Shown here piece after piece: positions 11,249-21,916 of a stretch of DNA of 64,000 nucleotides (position 1 is the stretch's first letter; the number at the start of each line of letters is the position of its first letter). Source of the DNA: an uncultured Acidobacteriota bacterium. Lineage in GTDB: Bacteria > Acidobacteriota > Blastocatellia > RBC074. The notes beneath the pieces were generated by a model. That model saw nothing but the letters and a program-made list of their open reading frames with translations. It was not told where the DNA came from and ran no database searches. The position numbers and the translations under genes were made by a program. Location of the stretch: positions 672,001 through 736,000 of the forward strand of contig CAWCKY010000002.1 in NCBI GenBank assembly GCA_963796275.1. Direction: 5' to 3'.

Positions 11249-11353
11249 GTCGAACAAATCGTTGGACGCGAGCGGCGGCCAAAAGCAGTGACAAGTGACG
11301 CGTGACAAGTGACAAGTGATAGGCCGCCGCCGCGTCAACTCAACCGGTTAGGC
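11249..11353 (+). mobile_element. Integron attC-like recombination site
   Basis: GTCGAAC (R'') ... TTGGACGCGAGCGGCGGCC pairs with GGCCGCCGCCGCGTCAA leaving extrahelical G and A ... GTTAGGC (R', GTTRRRY). Confidence 0.75.
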
Positions 11354-11362
11354 GCCGATCGG

Positions 11363-11641
11363 CCAAATAGATTCAACTACCGTTAGAATCATCGCGGTAC
11401 CGAGTACATGGGGCACCGCCTAACCTGCGGGCTCACAACGTCGCGCACGGAGGCGGAGAGCCTGGTCGAGCGCTTTGCGGTGGGCACGCGCTGGGAAGTA
11501 CGGATATGCGAAGCTCGGCCCCAGCTGTCGGTCCTGCATCCTGGTGTAACCCCTCGCCTATGGTCCAGCTTGGCATTCTTCGTCGTGTTCTCGATAGGTT
11601 CGGTTTACATCTTGATCAGCGTCCTGGCCACCCTTCAGTAG
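11363..11641 (+). pseudogene. Remnant of a DUF3592-like membrane protein
   Basis: Frame reads FNYR*NHRGTEYMGHRL...ERFAVGTRWEVR...SVLHPG then a TM helix; in-frame stop and no N-terminus. Confidence 0.45.
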
Positions 11642-11746
11642 TAGCTCCTAAGGTGTGCCTTTGGTGATCAGGTTTGACATACTGCAATGCGCCAAACCGG
11701 CCCACCGAAGGCACAAACAACAGCGCCCCGCGCCAATATTTCACGG

Positions 11747-13079
11747 TTATTTTTCCTTCGTGAAAACCCTCGCCCCACCGCCCCGTTTTAAGATCATCTG
11801 GTTTTTCGCGGCGTCGAACTCAAAAACGACCCGCCCGCCGAAGATTTGAAATTTATCCTGCGCCGTCGCTTCGAGCGGGGCAGCGCTTTCACTGCCCGGC
11901 TGAAAGAAAAGCGTCGCGCCGTCTCTGGTGATCGTAAATTTCACGGGGGCGTCGGGGCTCGAATAAACTCCGACGTATTTGTCCAGAACTTCCGGGCTGA
12001 CGGCGATCGATTCGAAGGCGGGAATCTCAAACGGTTTATTGTAGTAGATGTCGATAACGCCGCTCACAATATCCTTTACCGGGTAAACCTTCGCGTTCGT
12101 AGTGTAGGCGACCGCCAGCTTTTCTTCCGGCAGGTAAGCCAGCCACGCTCCGTAGTTGTCGCCCCCGCCCGTGTGCCCGTAGAAGGTCTTGCCGGCGAAC
12201 GTGAAGGTCACCATTCCGAGCCCCTCGCCGTCCCTCATCGTTTTCATCTGATCGAGGCTCTCCTGAGAGATCAATTTCCCGTCGAACAGCGCCTGGATGA
12301 ATTTGGCCAGGTCGTCCGGTGTCGAAACAATCGCCTGCCGAAGAGGATGCTCGGATGGGTTTCGGAACCCTGTTTCCAGTCGCTGCCGGTATTGATATAG
12401 GTAAGAGCTTCGTTTTTGTTCACATCGATGTTTCCGGTCGCGATGTATGTATCCTTGAGCCCGATCTTGGAGGTGATTCTTTCCTCGAGAGCTTCCTCGT
12501 AGGGTTTGCCGGTTAGCTTTTCAAGGATAAGACCTAAAAGGAAATAGCCGGAATTGCTGTAGGAATGCTTTGTGTCCGGCTCGAAATCAGGCGTGCCTTT
12601 GACGATCAGGGCGAGCATTTCATCCTTCGTTACTGGTCGTCTCCAGGTTTCCAGATTGCCTGATCGCGCCTTACGTTCGGGATACCGCTGCGATGCGAGA
12701 GGATTTGCACGATGGTAATTTTCTGGGCGTTCGGAACCTGCGGGAAGAATTTGTCGAGCGTGTCGGTCAGCTTCAGTTTTCCTTCCTCGACGAGCTGCAG
12801 GATCATCGCGGCGGTGAACATTTTTGTGATCGAACCGATCCGGAATCTGCTCGCCGCGGTCAAAGGTTTCTTTTCGGTTCCGTTGATCTGGCTGTAGCCG
12901 ATGGCGCGGGTGTAAAGAACGTTGCCGTCTTTGGCGATGGTCAGGCTCCCCATCGCCTTATTCTTTTCGGCGAGCCGGTCAAAAAACTGGTCGAGTTTGG
13001 CTTTGTCCAGCGTCTGTGCGTAGCCTGCGGTGAACAACGCCAGTGTCAGTAAAGTTGCGAATAATATTTTAATTTTCAT
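11747..13079 (-). pseudogene. Serine hydrolase / beta-lactamase (AmpC-PBP family), split by two frameshifts
   Basis: Three consecutive ORF pieces carry a signal peptide plus FRIGSITK (SxxK) and LSHRSGI; YSNSGY (YxN); and YGHTGG. Breaks near 12630 and 12330. Confidence 0.85.
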
Positions 13080-13220
13080 AGTTGCGCTCCCCTTCTGCCA
13101 ACGTTTTGCGCTTCCGCGCTACGGCAGCAGGAAGACTTTTAAAACACCTCCTTGGGCTTGTCAAGGACTTTGCATCACAAAGCTCTTTTATTTTTTCAGT
13201 TTTTAGAAATAACGCCTCTT

Positions 13221-13466
13221 TCAATCACGTCCCCTCTTTCCATCGCCATTTTCATCTCCCTGCAACCATTTCAATAAATCAGCCCCAAGATAATATCGCC
13301 GTCTCCCAATGTTACGTCCTCTGAGTTCACCGGATTTCTCTGCGCGAATGAGAGTAGATAAGGAAAATCCGGTAATCGCGATAGCCTCCTCACGCTCGTA
13401 AACCGCATTCTCGATGATTGGCTGTTTTTTGATCGTGGCTTGAATCAGATTTTGTTCTATTTCCAT
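13221..13466 (-). CDS. Excisionase-like helix-turn-helix DNA-binding protein
   Basis: 81 aa, YEREEAIAITGFSLSTLIRAEKSGELRGRNIGRRRYYLGADLLKWL, an HTH_17/Xis-like pattern, near the att end. Confidence 0.7.
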   Translation of the reverse strand: MEIEQNLIQATIKKQPIIENAVYEREEAIAITGFSLSTLIRAEKSGELRGRNIGRRRYYLGADLLKWLQGDENGDGKRGRD

Positions 13467-14252
13467 AATAATTCGGAATTACTCCTCTCCAGAGATTAGG
13501 TTTCTTCTGATCAGTACCGCAGCGCGAGCCCTTGTTCCATACTGGTGGCGTACTTTCTGATTTCTCCCTCAATTTCTGTGTTGATCCGATCCATATCGAT
13601 TTCGCTCATAGTTCCACACTCCTTTGCGTAGTACCACTGCTGCGATTCCATAGTCGCAATCAAATACAGCTCAAGAGCATTTTCTCGAAGACGGCAATGT
13701 TTTCCACCTGATTTGCATCATACGTTATCAACTTGAATCCTCTGTATTCCCGTGACTCGACCATTTGACGGTGAATCAGCCGTTTACGGAGGTAAACCCG
13801 GCGCCTTCCATTAAGGTGAACAAGACGCTGAATCCTCTTGCGTATTTGAGACTGTTCTCCATTCCCCCGTGGTTCTTTCGATCCCCGTTCTTACGGTCAT
13901 CCTCTTGTCCCTCAAGATGGGTGCGAGTTCCCAAGATAAAGCCGATTCCAGTGTTCGGACGCCTAGCGAGGCTTGCCCCTTCGGAATGATCCTCATGAGC
14001 GCTTGAACTTTCACAGAGCGGACATTCAGGGCCGGTCGAAAATTGACCGGGATTTCGTCGCAAAAACGGGAATTCGCGCTGAACCACCTGCAGGATGCGA
14101 CCACAGCCGCAAAGCAACCTGAGGCGCCCGCGATATAGACGATCCAATTCTTTGATCGCCGCGTCCGACCAAGGCCGGGATATCTGAATCCAGAATGGCG
14201 CTTTCCATATCTATTACCTCACTATCCCGACACTCTATCCAGAAGGCCATGC

Positions 14253-16224
14253 TCAATACCGCAGCGCCATGCCCTGCTCAGCACTACGCGCGATGTTATG
14301 GCCCATAGCGCTCATCAGGGCTGCGACTGCGCGCAACTGGGCTGCCTGGAGCGATGCATCCCGCACTTCCTTAGCCGCCCCGACCGCGCCTTCGTAGGTG
14401 ACGAGGTTTGCCTGTCTCTCGAGCGCTGCCCCCAGCAGTTTGATTCGCGTACGCTTTGGCCGTATCGATCTGGGTGGTTGCTAAACCGCCGTGAAGACCA
14501 TACATATTTTCGGTGTAGGTACCCCAGCTTTTATTCAGATCATTGTAATATTCCTCGATGTTCTTGGTGCGCCCTCCGGCGCCTTTGATAACCGCATCTC
14601 CCTGCCCCGCCCACCTGATGAGATTGCCGCCATGTTGAAGAGTAAGGCCTATAAAGGCTCCATCCCCCATTTTGTTCCTACCCATGCCGAAGGGGCTCAT
14701 GTTTCTTCCACCGATAGTTAATGCCTCGCTGATCGCGCCCCACTTCTGCATTTCGCGTTGCTGGTGGCCCGCGACCCTATTGTCATTGTTCTCTTTGGTG
14801 CGACCGGTCATCATGGTGCGATAGGTGTGCATGTATTGCTGATAAGCGGCGTTATTCTGGAAGTCGCGCCCTGCCTTGGCGAGGCCGATCTGCTGGTCTC
14901 GCTGTGCGAAGAGCTGAGCGAGTTTCTCACTCTGCCTGGCGCGAATCCCCAGATTGCCCGCCTCCTTCCCCGCTTCGGCGCGCATCATCTCGGCCCCAAA
15001 ACCACCCAGCGCCTGCATTTGGTCGGCCATGTTAGTGATCTGTGCCGCAGCTGACGCGCTGTAGAATTCAACTCCAGCCCCGACAATCGCCCCCATCCAT
15101 CCCGAGATGGTCGACGATACGCTTTCGTAGATCTGGCCGCTCGCTACTTTGTAGGCGATCATCGGCGATGCCCAGAGCGACAGCCCGGCGATGGCCATAA
15201 TCAAGACTGCCAAAATGACAGTGTGATAAGGCTCCGCGCCGGAAGACATGATTTCCTGCATCGTCTGCGGATTCCATTGATAGACGGCATCGCTTCTACC
15301 CAGACTCATCGCGAGGTTTCCTCCCATATAGGCGAGCCCCCTGATCAATTGAGAGACAACCGGCCACACCAATGTCAGAACGATAACGCCCCAGGCGAAT
15401 GGGTAGGATATCTTTTGGGCCAAGTTCCGATCGATCGCCAGGGCAATCATCACCGGCGCCGCAAGCCTGACGGCGATCATCAGAAAGCCTCCGAGCAACA
15501 GAAGCCATAGATCCCCGAAGGCCAGTATCCCGCGTGCGAAGCTCAGCAACGAAAAGAGGAACGGCATATTGTGCGAGAGGCTCTCGAACTTGTTATTGAT
15601 CCCCTGAGGCGAAGAGACCACGTCGAGGAGCACTCCCAGAACTGCCTCTTCCCCACCTGGAGGCGGTTTGAGATTTTCGCCAGTTGGCTCAACAGTGAAA
15701 TGCCCTTTGGTGAATCTGCGGTAGCCTTCTTCGAAGCTTTTACGCTGGTTGTCGTAGAACCTATGGAGAACGGCGGTATCGCCGTTTCTGTTGCTCCCGC
15801 CCCAGGCGATCTCCTGACCGATGGTATCGAGAGTGTTGATGATGGTCGGGCCGGTTCCCATCAACGCGAAAATGATCCCAACTCTCCCGAACCACCAGAA
15901 AACATCCACACCGGCTCCTGCGTTTTCGCGCCACAGCCTGGCGAAGCCGAACATGATGACGAGCGCGGCCAGTGTCCAGGACACTTTCTCCAGCCACGGC
16001 ATGAGAGGGCCTTCGATCTCGCTTTGTAGGAGCGGTATGAGGGCGCCGGCATGGCCGATTAACGCCCGGAAGATATCCGATAAGCCACTACCTGCAGGAT
16101 TCGCAGGTGCGGGGGATGGTGTAGGCGTGGGCGTCTGAGCGAGCATGGGCAGGCTCACGCAAACAATTACCGCAGTAATGTGCAGGATGGACAGTGTTGA
16201 TAGCCTGAGTTTGCTTGCACGCAT
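14253..16224 (-). CDS. VirB6/TrbL/TraG-like inner-membrane T4SS protein with long C-terminal extension (frameshift near 14430)
   Basis: Multiple TM helices; follows virB5. Another frame continues AALERQANLVTYEGAVGAAKEVRDASLQAAQLRAVAALMSAMGHNIARSAEQGMALRY* to 14253, probably the true C-terminus. Confidence 0.7.
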
Positions 16225-16256
16225 GATTGCTCCTTGATCCTATCTTCTTATAAACA

Positions 16257-17108
16257 CTAATCGATTTTGCTGAGCGTCCTTTGAAGCTCGTCGAGCGCAT
16301 TATTGAATTCCGACCATGCCTTATTCATCGACTGTACCTGCTCCCCGAACTTGACGCGCTCTTCCATACGAATGTTGTATTGCTTCATGCGATTCTCGAT
16401 TTGGCATCGGAGATCTAATATCTCCACCTCAAGCTGTGCAATCAGTATCTCGTAACTGGCCAGTTCATCCTTCAGGCTGGCGATACACGAAGCACATTTC
16501 TGCGCGTCAGGCTTCCGTTCCTCCATATAAAGTAGGTCTGCCGTCATCTTCTGCTTCCCCTGTGCCCAGGCTTTCTTCTGCTCCTTGAGACTCATTTCGC
16601 GCTGCCACATCGCGATCTGGTTGTCCATCCGCACAAGCCGTTCGCGATTTGCGATCGTATCTTGACTGCTCCTGCCGATAGATTCTCTTAAATACTCATC
16701 AAGGTCTCGCAGATCGGCTTCAGGATCAAAGATACCGTTGCGAAGGCGGTCGTCGATCCTTTTGATCATGTTCAGGCGTGTGGTAACAATCGCTTCAAGC
16801 TGATCCTTCAACTGGAAGGAGGCGCGCACTGTCCTTCCAATGTTGCTCATCGTGGCGATTGCATTGTTCTGTTTCGCTACGAGGTCATCGGCGGCTTTGA
16901 GCACCCCGCCCAGTGTTGTGAGCTGCTCTACCAGCTTCTGGTAGTGCTCCATCCATCGAGCCGCCTCTTCGACTTTCTTTTCGGCTTGAAGCACGTATTG
17001 CGCTGGATCATAGACGGTCCATTGTGCCTGCGCTTCTTCCGGGGGAATGATCAGAATGCCGATGAACAACCCAAGTATGAGTTGACGAAGCAAAGATGCC
17101 TTTTTCAT
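16257..17108 (-). CDS. VirB5/TrbJ-like minor pilin
   Basis: Signal peptide ending AQA-QWTVYDPAQY (the V.DP.N/Q motif of VirB5/TrbJ/DUF4141), helical coiled-coil body. Confidence 0.7.
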   Translation of the reverse strand: MKKASLLRQLILGLFIGILIIPPEEAQAQWTVYDPAQYVLQAEKKVEEAARWMEHYQKLVEQLTTLGGVLKAADDLVAKQNNAIATMSNIGRTVRASFQLKDQLEAIVTTRLNMIKRIDDRLRNGIFDPEADLRDLDEYLRESIGRSSQDTIANRERLVRMDNQIAMWQREMSLKEQKKAWAQGKQKMTADLLYMEERKPDAQKCASCIASLKDELASYEILIAQLEVEILDLRCQIENRMKQYNIRMEERVKFGEQVQSMNKAWSEFNNALDELQRTLSKID

Positions 17109-19969
17109 TGCTCCCCTCCTCTGACGGTTTCGTGTTGAAAGTCTAAAAGCGATTCATCCACTTCAATCAATCCTGCAGCGGCTAGTCCTCTCGGATAGAC
17201 AGCGGCGAGCCATCCGATCACATCAGCCAGCGGCCAGCCGGTGAGCGACTGCACCCGCGCCCTGGCGTTGCGTTCATCCGGGTTTGTGGCGAATGTCCAT
17301 AGCTCAGCCGGTGAGAGGTCCATCTGAATCATTTCGACGATCTGGTCGAAGCCCGATCCCAGCACCAATACATACTGGGCGTACTCGCCTCGAACATTCC
17401 TGATAGTGCCTATCGCGGCAGCAGCGTTGTCCGACAGCCCGGCGTCATCAATGAGCTTCGAGCAATCGCCTATTTGTTTGCCGATGATCTTTATCCCGGC
17501 GGTCCTGGTAATATCGTGCAGTTCCTCGAAATCCTCATAAGCTTGCGTCGCCAGCATCGTCACCGCGTTCTCTTTGCGCCCTTGTCGTGCACCTCGTTTG
17601 ATGACAGCTAGAATGTGGGGGTACTTGTCCCTGATCTTCCAGACCTCATCGAAGACGAGTAACACCGGCGCGCGCGTCCCGTCTTCTTTCAGCCGCCCGA
17701 TAGAGCGAACTACACGAGCTGCAACCCGTCCGGCCAGAGTCTCCCTCACGTCCTGTTGGAAGTTATCCAGGCTATCGAGCTCATACACGTCATATGGAGA
17801 ATCAGTGGCGAAATCGGGATGCGTGGGCGCATCGATCCAGGGATGGGCGCGGTACTTCTCAAGCGCCACTGCAAGCGTCGCGGCGCGGTCTCTCACTGCC
17901 GGCGCCTGGAAAGGATAGCTATCGAGCATCGCCAGCAGGTGCGAATGGGTCGGCTCATGTTTCGGCTTCCCGTGGCCGTTGCGAGGAACCTCATTCCGGT
18001 AGACCTCAGTCACCACATTGGTCAGGATGTCCTCGGCGATGTTGTCATCTGGCTTGACTCTCGCCAAACGCATCGCATCACCTACCACGAAAGCGATCTG
18101 AGTCTCATCGGGCGGCTCGCCCAACTCTAGCCCCGGATAATCCCAGATATTGATCGTGCGAGGCTCTCCGGCGATGAAACGCAGATGACGGCTCCCCACC
18201 ACATCTACGTGCGGGCCGAGCGATTCGCCGAAATCGACCGCTCGGACTCTCGCTTCTGGCAAGGTTGCCAGCACATCATTGATGATCCGTGCCATTAGCA
18301 CTGATTTGCCGGCGCCCGGTTGCCCTAACACTACGGCAAGCGGAGAAGCGATCTCTCCGCGGTCGAAGAAGTCCAGACCGATCAACCTCCCGGACGGTGT
18401 TGAACACAATGTGTGAGGTCTCCTGGCCCCGCTCCAGCTCGATTCGGTCGGAATGAGCGCGGCGAGTGAGCCGGCGACCTCTGTAATCTCCCTCCCTGTG
18501 GGCCGCCGGTCCGCTTCACCCGCCAGCCCCCGGTGATAGATGGCGCGTATACTGTCCGGGTCTTCACGCGCCGCCTCCACACCGGGGATAGCCTTCATCG
18601 CCGTCACCATCTGTTCGCAATAGTTGTCGAGAATCCTGAGCGACTCCCTCTTCTCTTCCCGCGTCCGCGCCGACGGGCTGTAGATAAGAGCGTAGAAACG
18701 AATTTGCACCAAAGCCTCGCGTGATCCGGTAACGTGCTCACGCACGTTCTCGAGGTCAGCGAGGGCCACCCTGGATTCCGGTGTCTGTTTCACTCTCCCA
18801 TCAGGGCGAATTGACGAACGGCGTAATTGCTTAATGCGCCGGTCGAGGAGCCTTGTCGCCTTATTCTGGTCAGGGTAGATGAACTCCGCGACGAGGGTAT
18901 GACGAAAATTGAGCGACGGATTGAGAGTCAGCGCTCGTAATGCGTCGGCGGCGACCGATGGCTGTGGAGGCGTGAACATCGAGACGACGGCCGCCGGATA
19001 CAAACCATGCATAACGTAATCTCCCTCGGCTCGGATCGACTCGCTGCACAAATAATCCCGCACGTCGAAGCCGTGGACATCGGGCAGGACTGGAATAGCG
19101 CGAGCATTCTGCTTGTGCCCGAGGTAGACGGCATCCCACAACTCTTCTCGACCAAAGCGCTGCAGCGACAACGGACATTCCCGTTCGATCAATCGGAAGA
19201 CCTTCTCGACGTTTCTTCTCGCTTCGCGTTCATCGGCAATGAGCCGCCGCACCACGCCGTCATCGGCCGTCTCCGTCCACTTTCTGTGGAGCAGCCGGGG
19301 AATGTCTGTGAGGCGTTGCCTGCGTAACTCCACCCAGACGGCGGGAATAAAGGCGCTCAGGCCACTGTTGGTGTCGTCGCCTTTGTGCTTGACCGGCACT
19401 CGCACCCAAAGCGAAAGTGTCTGATGCCGGTAGGCTCCCACCGCTGCCGCGCCTTGATAGAACTCTACATTATTCATATGCAGTCCCGAGGCCTCCGGGT
19501 GGGTTAATTCCCCATCTCCCCGCACCCGGAGATGGGCGAGGATCGCATGCCCCGGATCGGGGCCGGATGAATAACGGAATTGGATCACGGTACCCGGCGG
19601 TTTCCCAACCGCCAGCAGCCGCGCTAGTGCGTCACAGTTGGATTCGACAGTATGGTCGTGCGCGAGCATCGTCGGAGCGAGTTGTGATTTCCAGGCACAC
19701 GTATATGAGCCGTCGGCGTGCCGCAGAGCGTCTTCGCTGATGCCGACTATTGAAGAGTCCCGCTTTCGCCCCGGAGGCTTTGCCAGCCTCTTCCTCGCTT
19801 CTTCATCCCTTGCGATGCGCTCCTGCAGGCGACCATCGTCGCTCAGCTTCCAGACTGTCAGGTCCCGGCGCGTCTGACGGAGCAGAGGCAATAAGCGCAG
19901 CGCGGCGCCGATGCCGAATCCGATACCCGCGCCGGCGGAGATACCGCTGATGATCAATGAAGGATCCAT
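17105..19969 (-). CDS. VirB4-like T4SS ATPase
   Basis: 954 aa; Walker A GQPGAGKS, LVFDEVW Walker B, GARQGRKENAVTMLATQ; between virB3-like and virB5-like genes. Confidence 0.85.
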   Translation of the reverse strand: MDPSLIISGISAGAGIGFGIGAALRLLPLLRQTRRDLTVWKLSDDGRLQERIARDEEARKRLAKPPGRKRDSSIVGISEDALRHADGSYTCAWKSQLAPTMLAHDHTVESNCDALARLLAVGKPPGTVIQFRYSSGPDPGHAILAHLRVRGDGELTHPEASGLHMNNVEFYQGAAAVGAYRHQTLSLWVRVPVKHKGDDTNSGLSAFIPAVWVELRRQRLTDIPRLLHRKWTETADDGVVRRLIADEREARRNVEKVFRLIERECPLSLQRFGREELWDAVYLGHKQNARAIPVLPDVHGFDVRDYLCSESIRAEGDYVMHGLYPAAVVSMFTPPQPSVAADALRALTLNPSLNFRHTLVAEFIYPDQNKATRLLDRRIKQLRRSSIRPDGRVKQTPESRVALADLENVREHVTGSREALVQIRFYALIYSPSARTREEKRESLRILDNYCEQMVTAMKAIPGVEAAREDPDSIRAIYHRGLAGEADRRPTGREITEVAGSLAALIPTESSWSGARRPHTLCSTPSGRLIGLDFFDRGEIASPLAVVLGQPGAGKSVLMARIINDVLATLPEARVRAVDFGESLGPHVDVVGSRHLRFIAGEPRTINIWDYPGLELGEPPDETQIAFVVGDAMRLARVKPDDNIAEDILTNVVTEVYRNEVPRNGHGKPKHEPTHSHLLAMLDSYPFQAPAVRDRAATLAVALEKYRAHPWIDAPTHPDFATDSPYDVYELDSLDNFQQDVRETLAGRVAARVVRSIGRLKEDGTRAPVLLVFDEVWKIRDKYPHILAVIKRGARQGRKENAVTMLATQAYEDFEELHDITRTAGIKIIGKQIGDCSKLIDDAGLSDNAAAAIGTIRNVRGEYAQYVLVLGSGFDQIVEMIQMDLSPAELWTFATNPDERNARARVQSLTGWPLADVIGWLAAVYPRGLAAAGLIEVDESLLDFQHETVRGGEQ

Positions 19970-19970
19970 T

Positions 19971-20315
19971 TCAATTCTCTTTGACGTTGACGACCCAGGC
20001 TCGCCTCGGCTGTCCCTCTATATCTCCGGGAAGTGAGTGTCGCTGGATCGGGTTAGTGAAGGCGGCGCGCAAACGGTGCTGCAGCCAGAAAGGGCGGCGA
20101 CCGATTCGCGCGTAGTTGAAAAACGCTATGGAGAATGCCCCGGCACCAAGTCCGCACCACAACTCCAGCGGCACTCCCCACAGCTTCAAGTTGAGTAAGA
20201 AAGGCACCGTATAGCTGACGAGCGCAGCGGCGAAGACGAACTTCCAGTCCTCGACACGGACGCCTAGTCGCGCTACCGGTAAATAGATGTTCGGCCTGAT
20301 GGGTCTTGGCCTCAT
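19971..20315 (-). CDS. VirB3-like membrane protein
   Basis: About 114 aa from MRPRPIRPNIYLP, two TM helices, immediately upstream of virB4. Confidence 0.6.
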   Translation of the reverse strand: MRPRPIRPNIYLPVARLGVRVEDWKFVFAAALVSYTVPFLLNLKLWGVPLELWCGLGAGAFSIAFFNYARIGRRPFWLQHRLRAAFTNPIQRHSLPGDIEGQPRRAWVVNVKEN

Positions 20316-20332
20316 GATTCTTATTCCTTCAA

Positions 20333-20800
20333 TTACCAAGATACCGTATCGAGGTTGACGGCATTGCCCTGTGAGAAGCTGTAGATTAACGACAGGATCC
20401 CACCGATTCCCATTGCAAGACCGCCCCCGACCATCTGCCTTCCCCAGCTCTTCTCCATCATGTAGTTGACGGCTCCCCAACCGATCCCGGCCACGCCGAG
20501 CAAGAACAGTAGATTCCGCCCCCACCTGATGGCCTCGCGGACTCCGGAGCCCACCGCCTGATCGTTTTGACCGAAGATGCTTCCGCCCTGTACCTGCGCG
20601 AACGCCGGTTGCGCCAACGTCATGCCCACCAGCAGCGCCGAGGCGATCAGTGCCAGCGCCGGCTCGATCGATCGAACCAGCACGGCGAGCTGAATCACCC
20701 ACCGGCCCGCTCTGGCGGCCATCGAGCGTTCGAGCAGCTCGTCATCCACTTCACAGGCCGCAACGCGCGGACGAATCCCTCTCAAGCCTTCTCCGTTCAT
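20333..20800 (-). CDS. VirB2/TrbC-like pilin
   Basis: Leader ending AQPAFA-Q followed by two hydrophobic helices; first gene of the virB2-3-4 order. Confidence 0.7.
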   Translation of the reverse strand: MNGEGLRGIRPRVAACEVDDELLERSMAARAGRWVIQLAVLVRSIEPALALIASALLVGMTLAQPAFAQVQGGSIFGQNDQAVGSGVREAIRWGRNLLFLLGVAGIGWGAVNYMMEKSWGRQMVGGGLAMGIGGILSLIYSFSQGNAVNLDTVSW

Positions 20801-20986
20801 GGCTCTACTCCTTCGTTGAACTAAGTTGTTGTTGTTAAGTAACCCACCTCTTGCTTCGGACCGCTGAACACATCCCAGAAGCGTTGGGAAGCTTCGAATC
20901 CACGGCGGGTCGTTTCGCCGAAGCTATCAATCAACTTCCGTGCCGTAGTTCTCATGCGGCATTGCGGTTGCTGAAGTGACCTGTCG

Positions 20987-21769
20987 ATGAACGATAGAAA
21001 CCGGGTGAGAAGATTGAGATCGATCGGTGTGGCGCTGGCTCTGATCTTGGCGGCGGCACAGGCAAAAGCCCAAGGCAAGCAGCAGGATGACCACACGCGG
21101 CGAATGGCGGCCCGCATTGAGGCGAAGCATCTACGCTCGCGGCAAAACCTCGTTAAGCTGCTCCGCGAGCATCCTCAGTTCTGGCAGGAATTACTGGCAG
21201 TTGCGGAACGGCTGAAGACTGAACCTGCATGGCTGCTCAACGTGCTGGCGACAGAATCTCTGTTTGATCCGGCGACGCGCAACTCCCTTCCTGGACAGAC
21301 CGCCAGCGGCCTGATGCAATGGATCGAGAGCACGGCACGGAGCCTCGGGACGACAACCAGGGCCATCAGGCGCATGAGCCCGGTCGAGCAGTTGTCCTTG
21401 ATAGAAAAGTATTTCGCCCCGTTCCACGGCCGCCTCAACAGCATGGCCGACGTTTATATGGCCGTCTTTCGGGGCTTTATTCTTGATGGGAAAGACGAAA
21501 CCGTTATCGCCCCACTCAACAACTCGCGAAAAGAACAACGGATTTACAGGCTCAATAAATGGCTTGATTTAGATAAAGATCGGAAGATCACCAGGGGTGA
21601 GCTGGCTCTGGCGGCAACGCTGATAGGCAGGTTCCAACCTCAAGAGCCCACATCATCACTCCCCGGCAGGAATCTCAGCCCAACGCTGCTTGCACCCTCA
21701 GCCCCTCCTGACAGGAAGCCCGCGCCAACGCGATCGATCTATATTCGTCCAACCAAGCCCGTGGAATAA
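20987..21769 (+). CDS. VirB1-like lytic transglycosylase (SLT domain)
   Basis: Signal peptide; ATESLFDPATRN (catalytic ES) and ASGLMQW SLT motifs; EF-hand-like DLDKDRKITRGE. Confidence 0.8.
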   Translation: MNDRNRVRRLRSIGVALALILAAAQAKAQGKQQDDHTRRMAARIEAKHLRSRQNLVKLLREHPQFWQELLAVAERLKTEPAWLLNVLATESLFDPATRNSLPGQTASGLMQWIESTARSLGTTTRAIRRMSPVEQLSLIEKYFAPFHGRLNSMADVYMAVFRGFILDGKDETVIAPLNNSRKEQRIYRLNKWLDLDKDRKITRGELALAATLIGRFQPQEPTSSLPGRNLSPTLLAPSAPPDRKPAPTRSIYIRPTKPVE

Positions 21770-21916
21770 GAATTCCTGGGAACCCTCCGGTAATCATCCT
21801 TTTATCTCTCTCAATCCAGGCTCGATTCGCTGACAGGAGAACCGCGAGCGGCGAACGATGTTCGGCGTCAGAGGCACGGTCATTCGCGACCAGGCATTTA
21901 CAAAACATAAACGGGG

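Noticed and set aside
11417-11423. GCCTAAC (RYYYAAC) as the start of a second attC
   Set aside because: It lies inside the DUF3592-like coding remnant and has no paired inverted arm.
13090-13135. Possible attC right half (minus strand ...GCGCAAAACGTTGGCAG) just upstream of the beta-lactamase-like gene
   Set aside because: Imperfect GTTRRRY match and no complementary left arm or downstream attC found; too weak to call.
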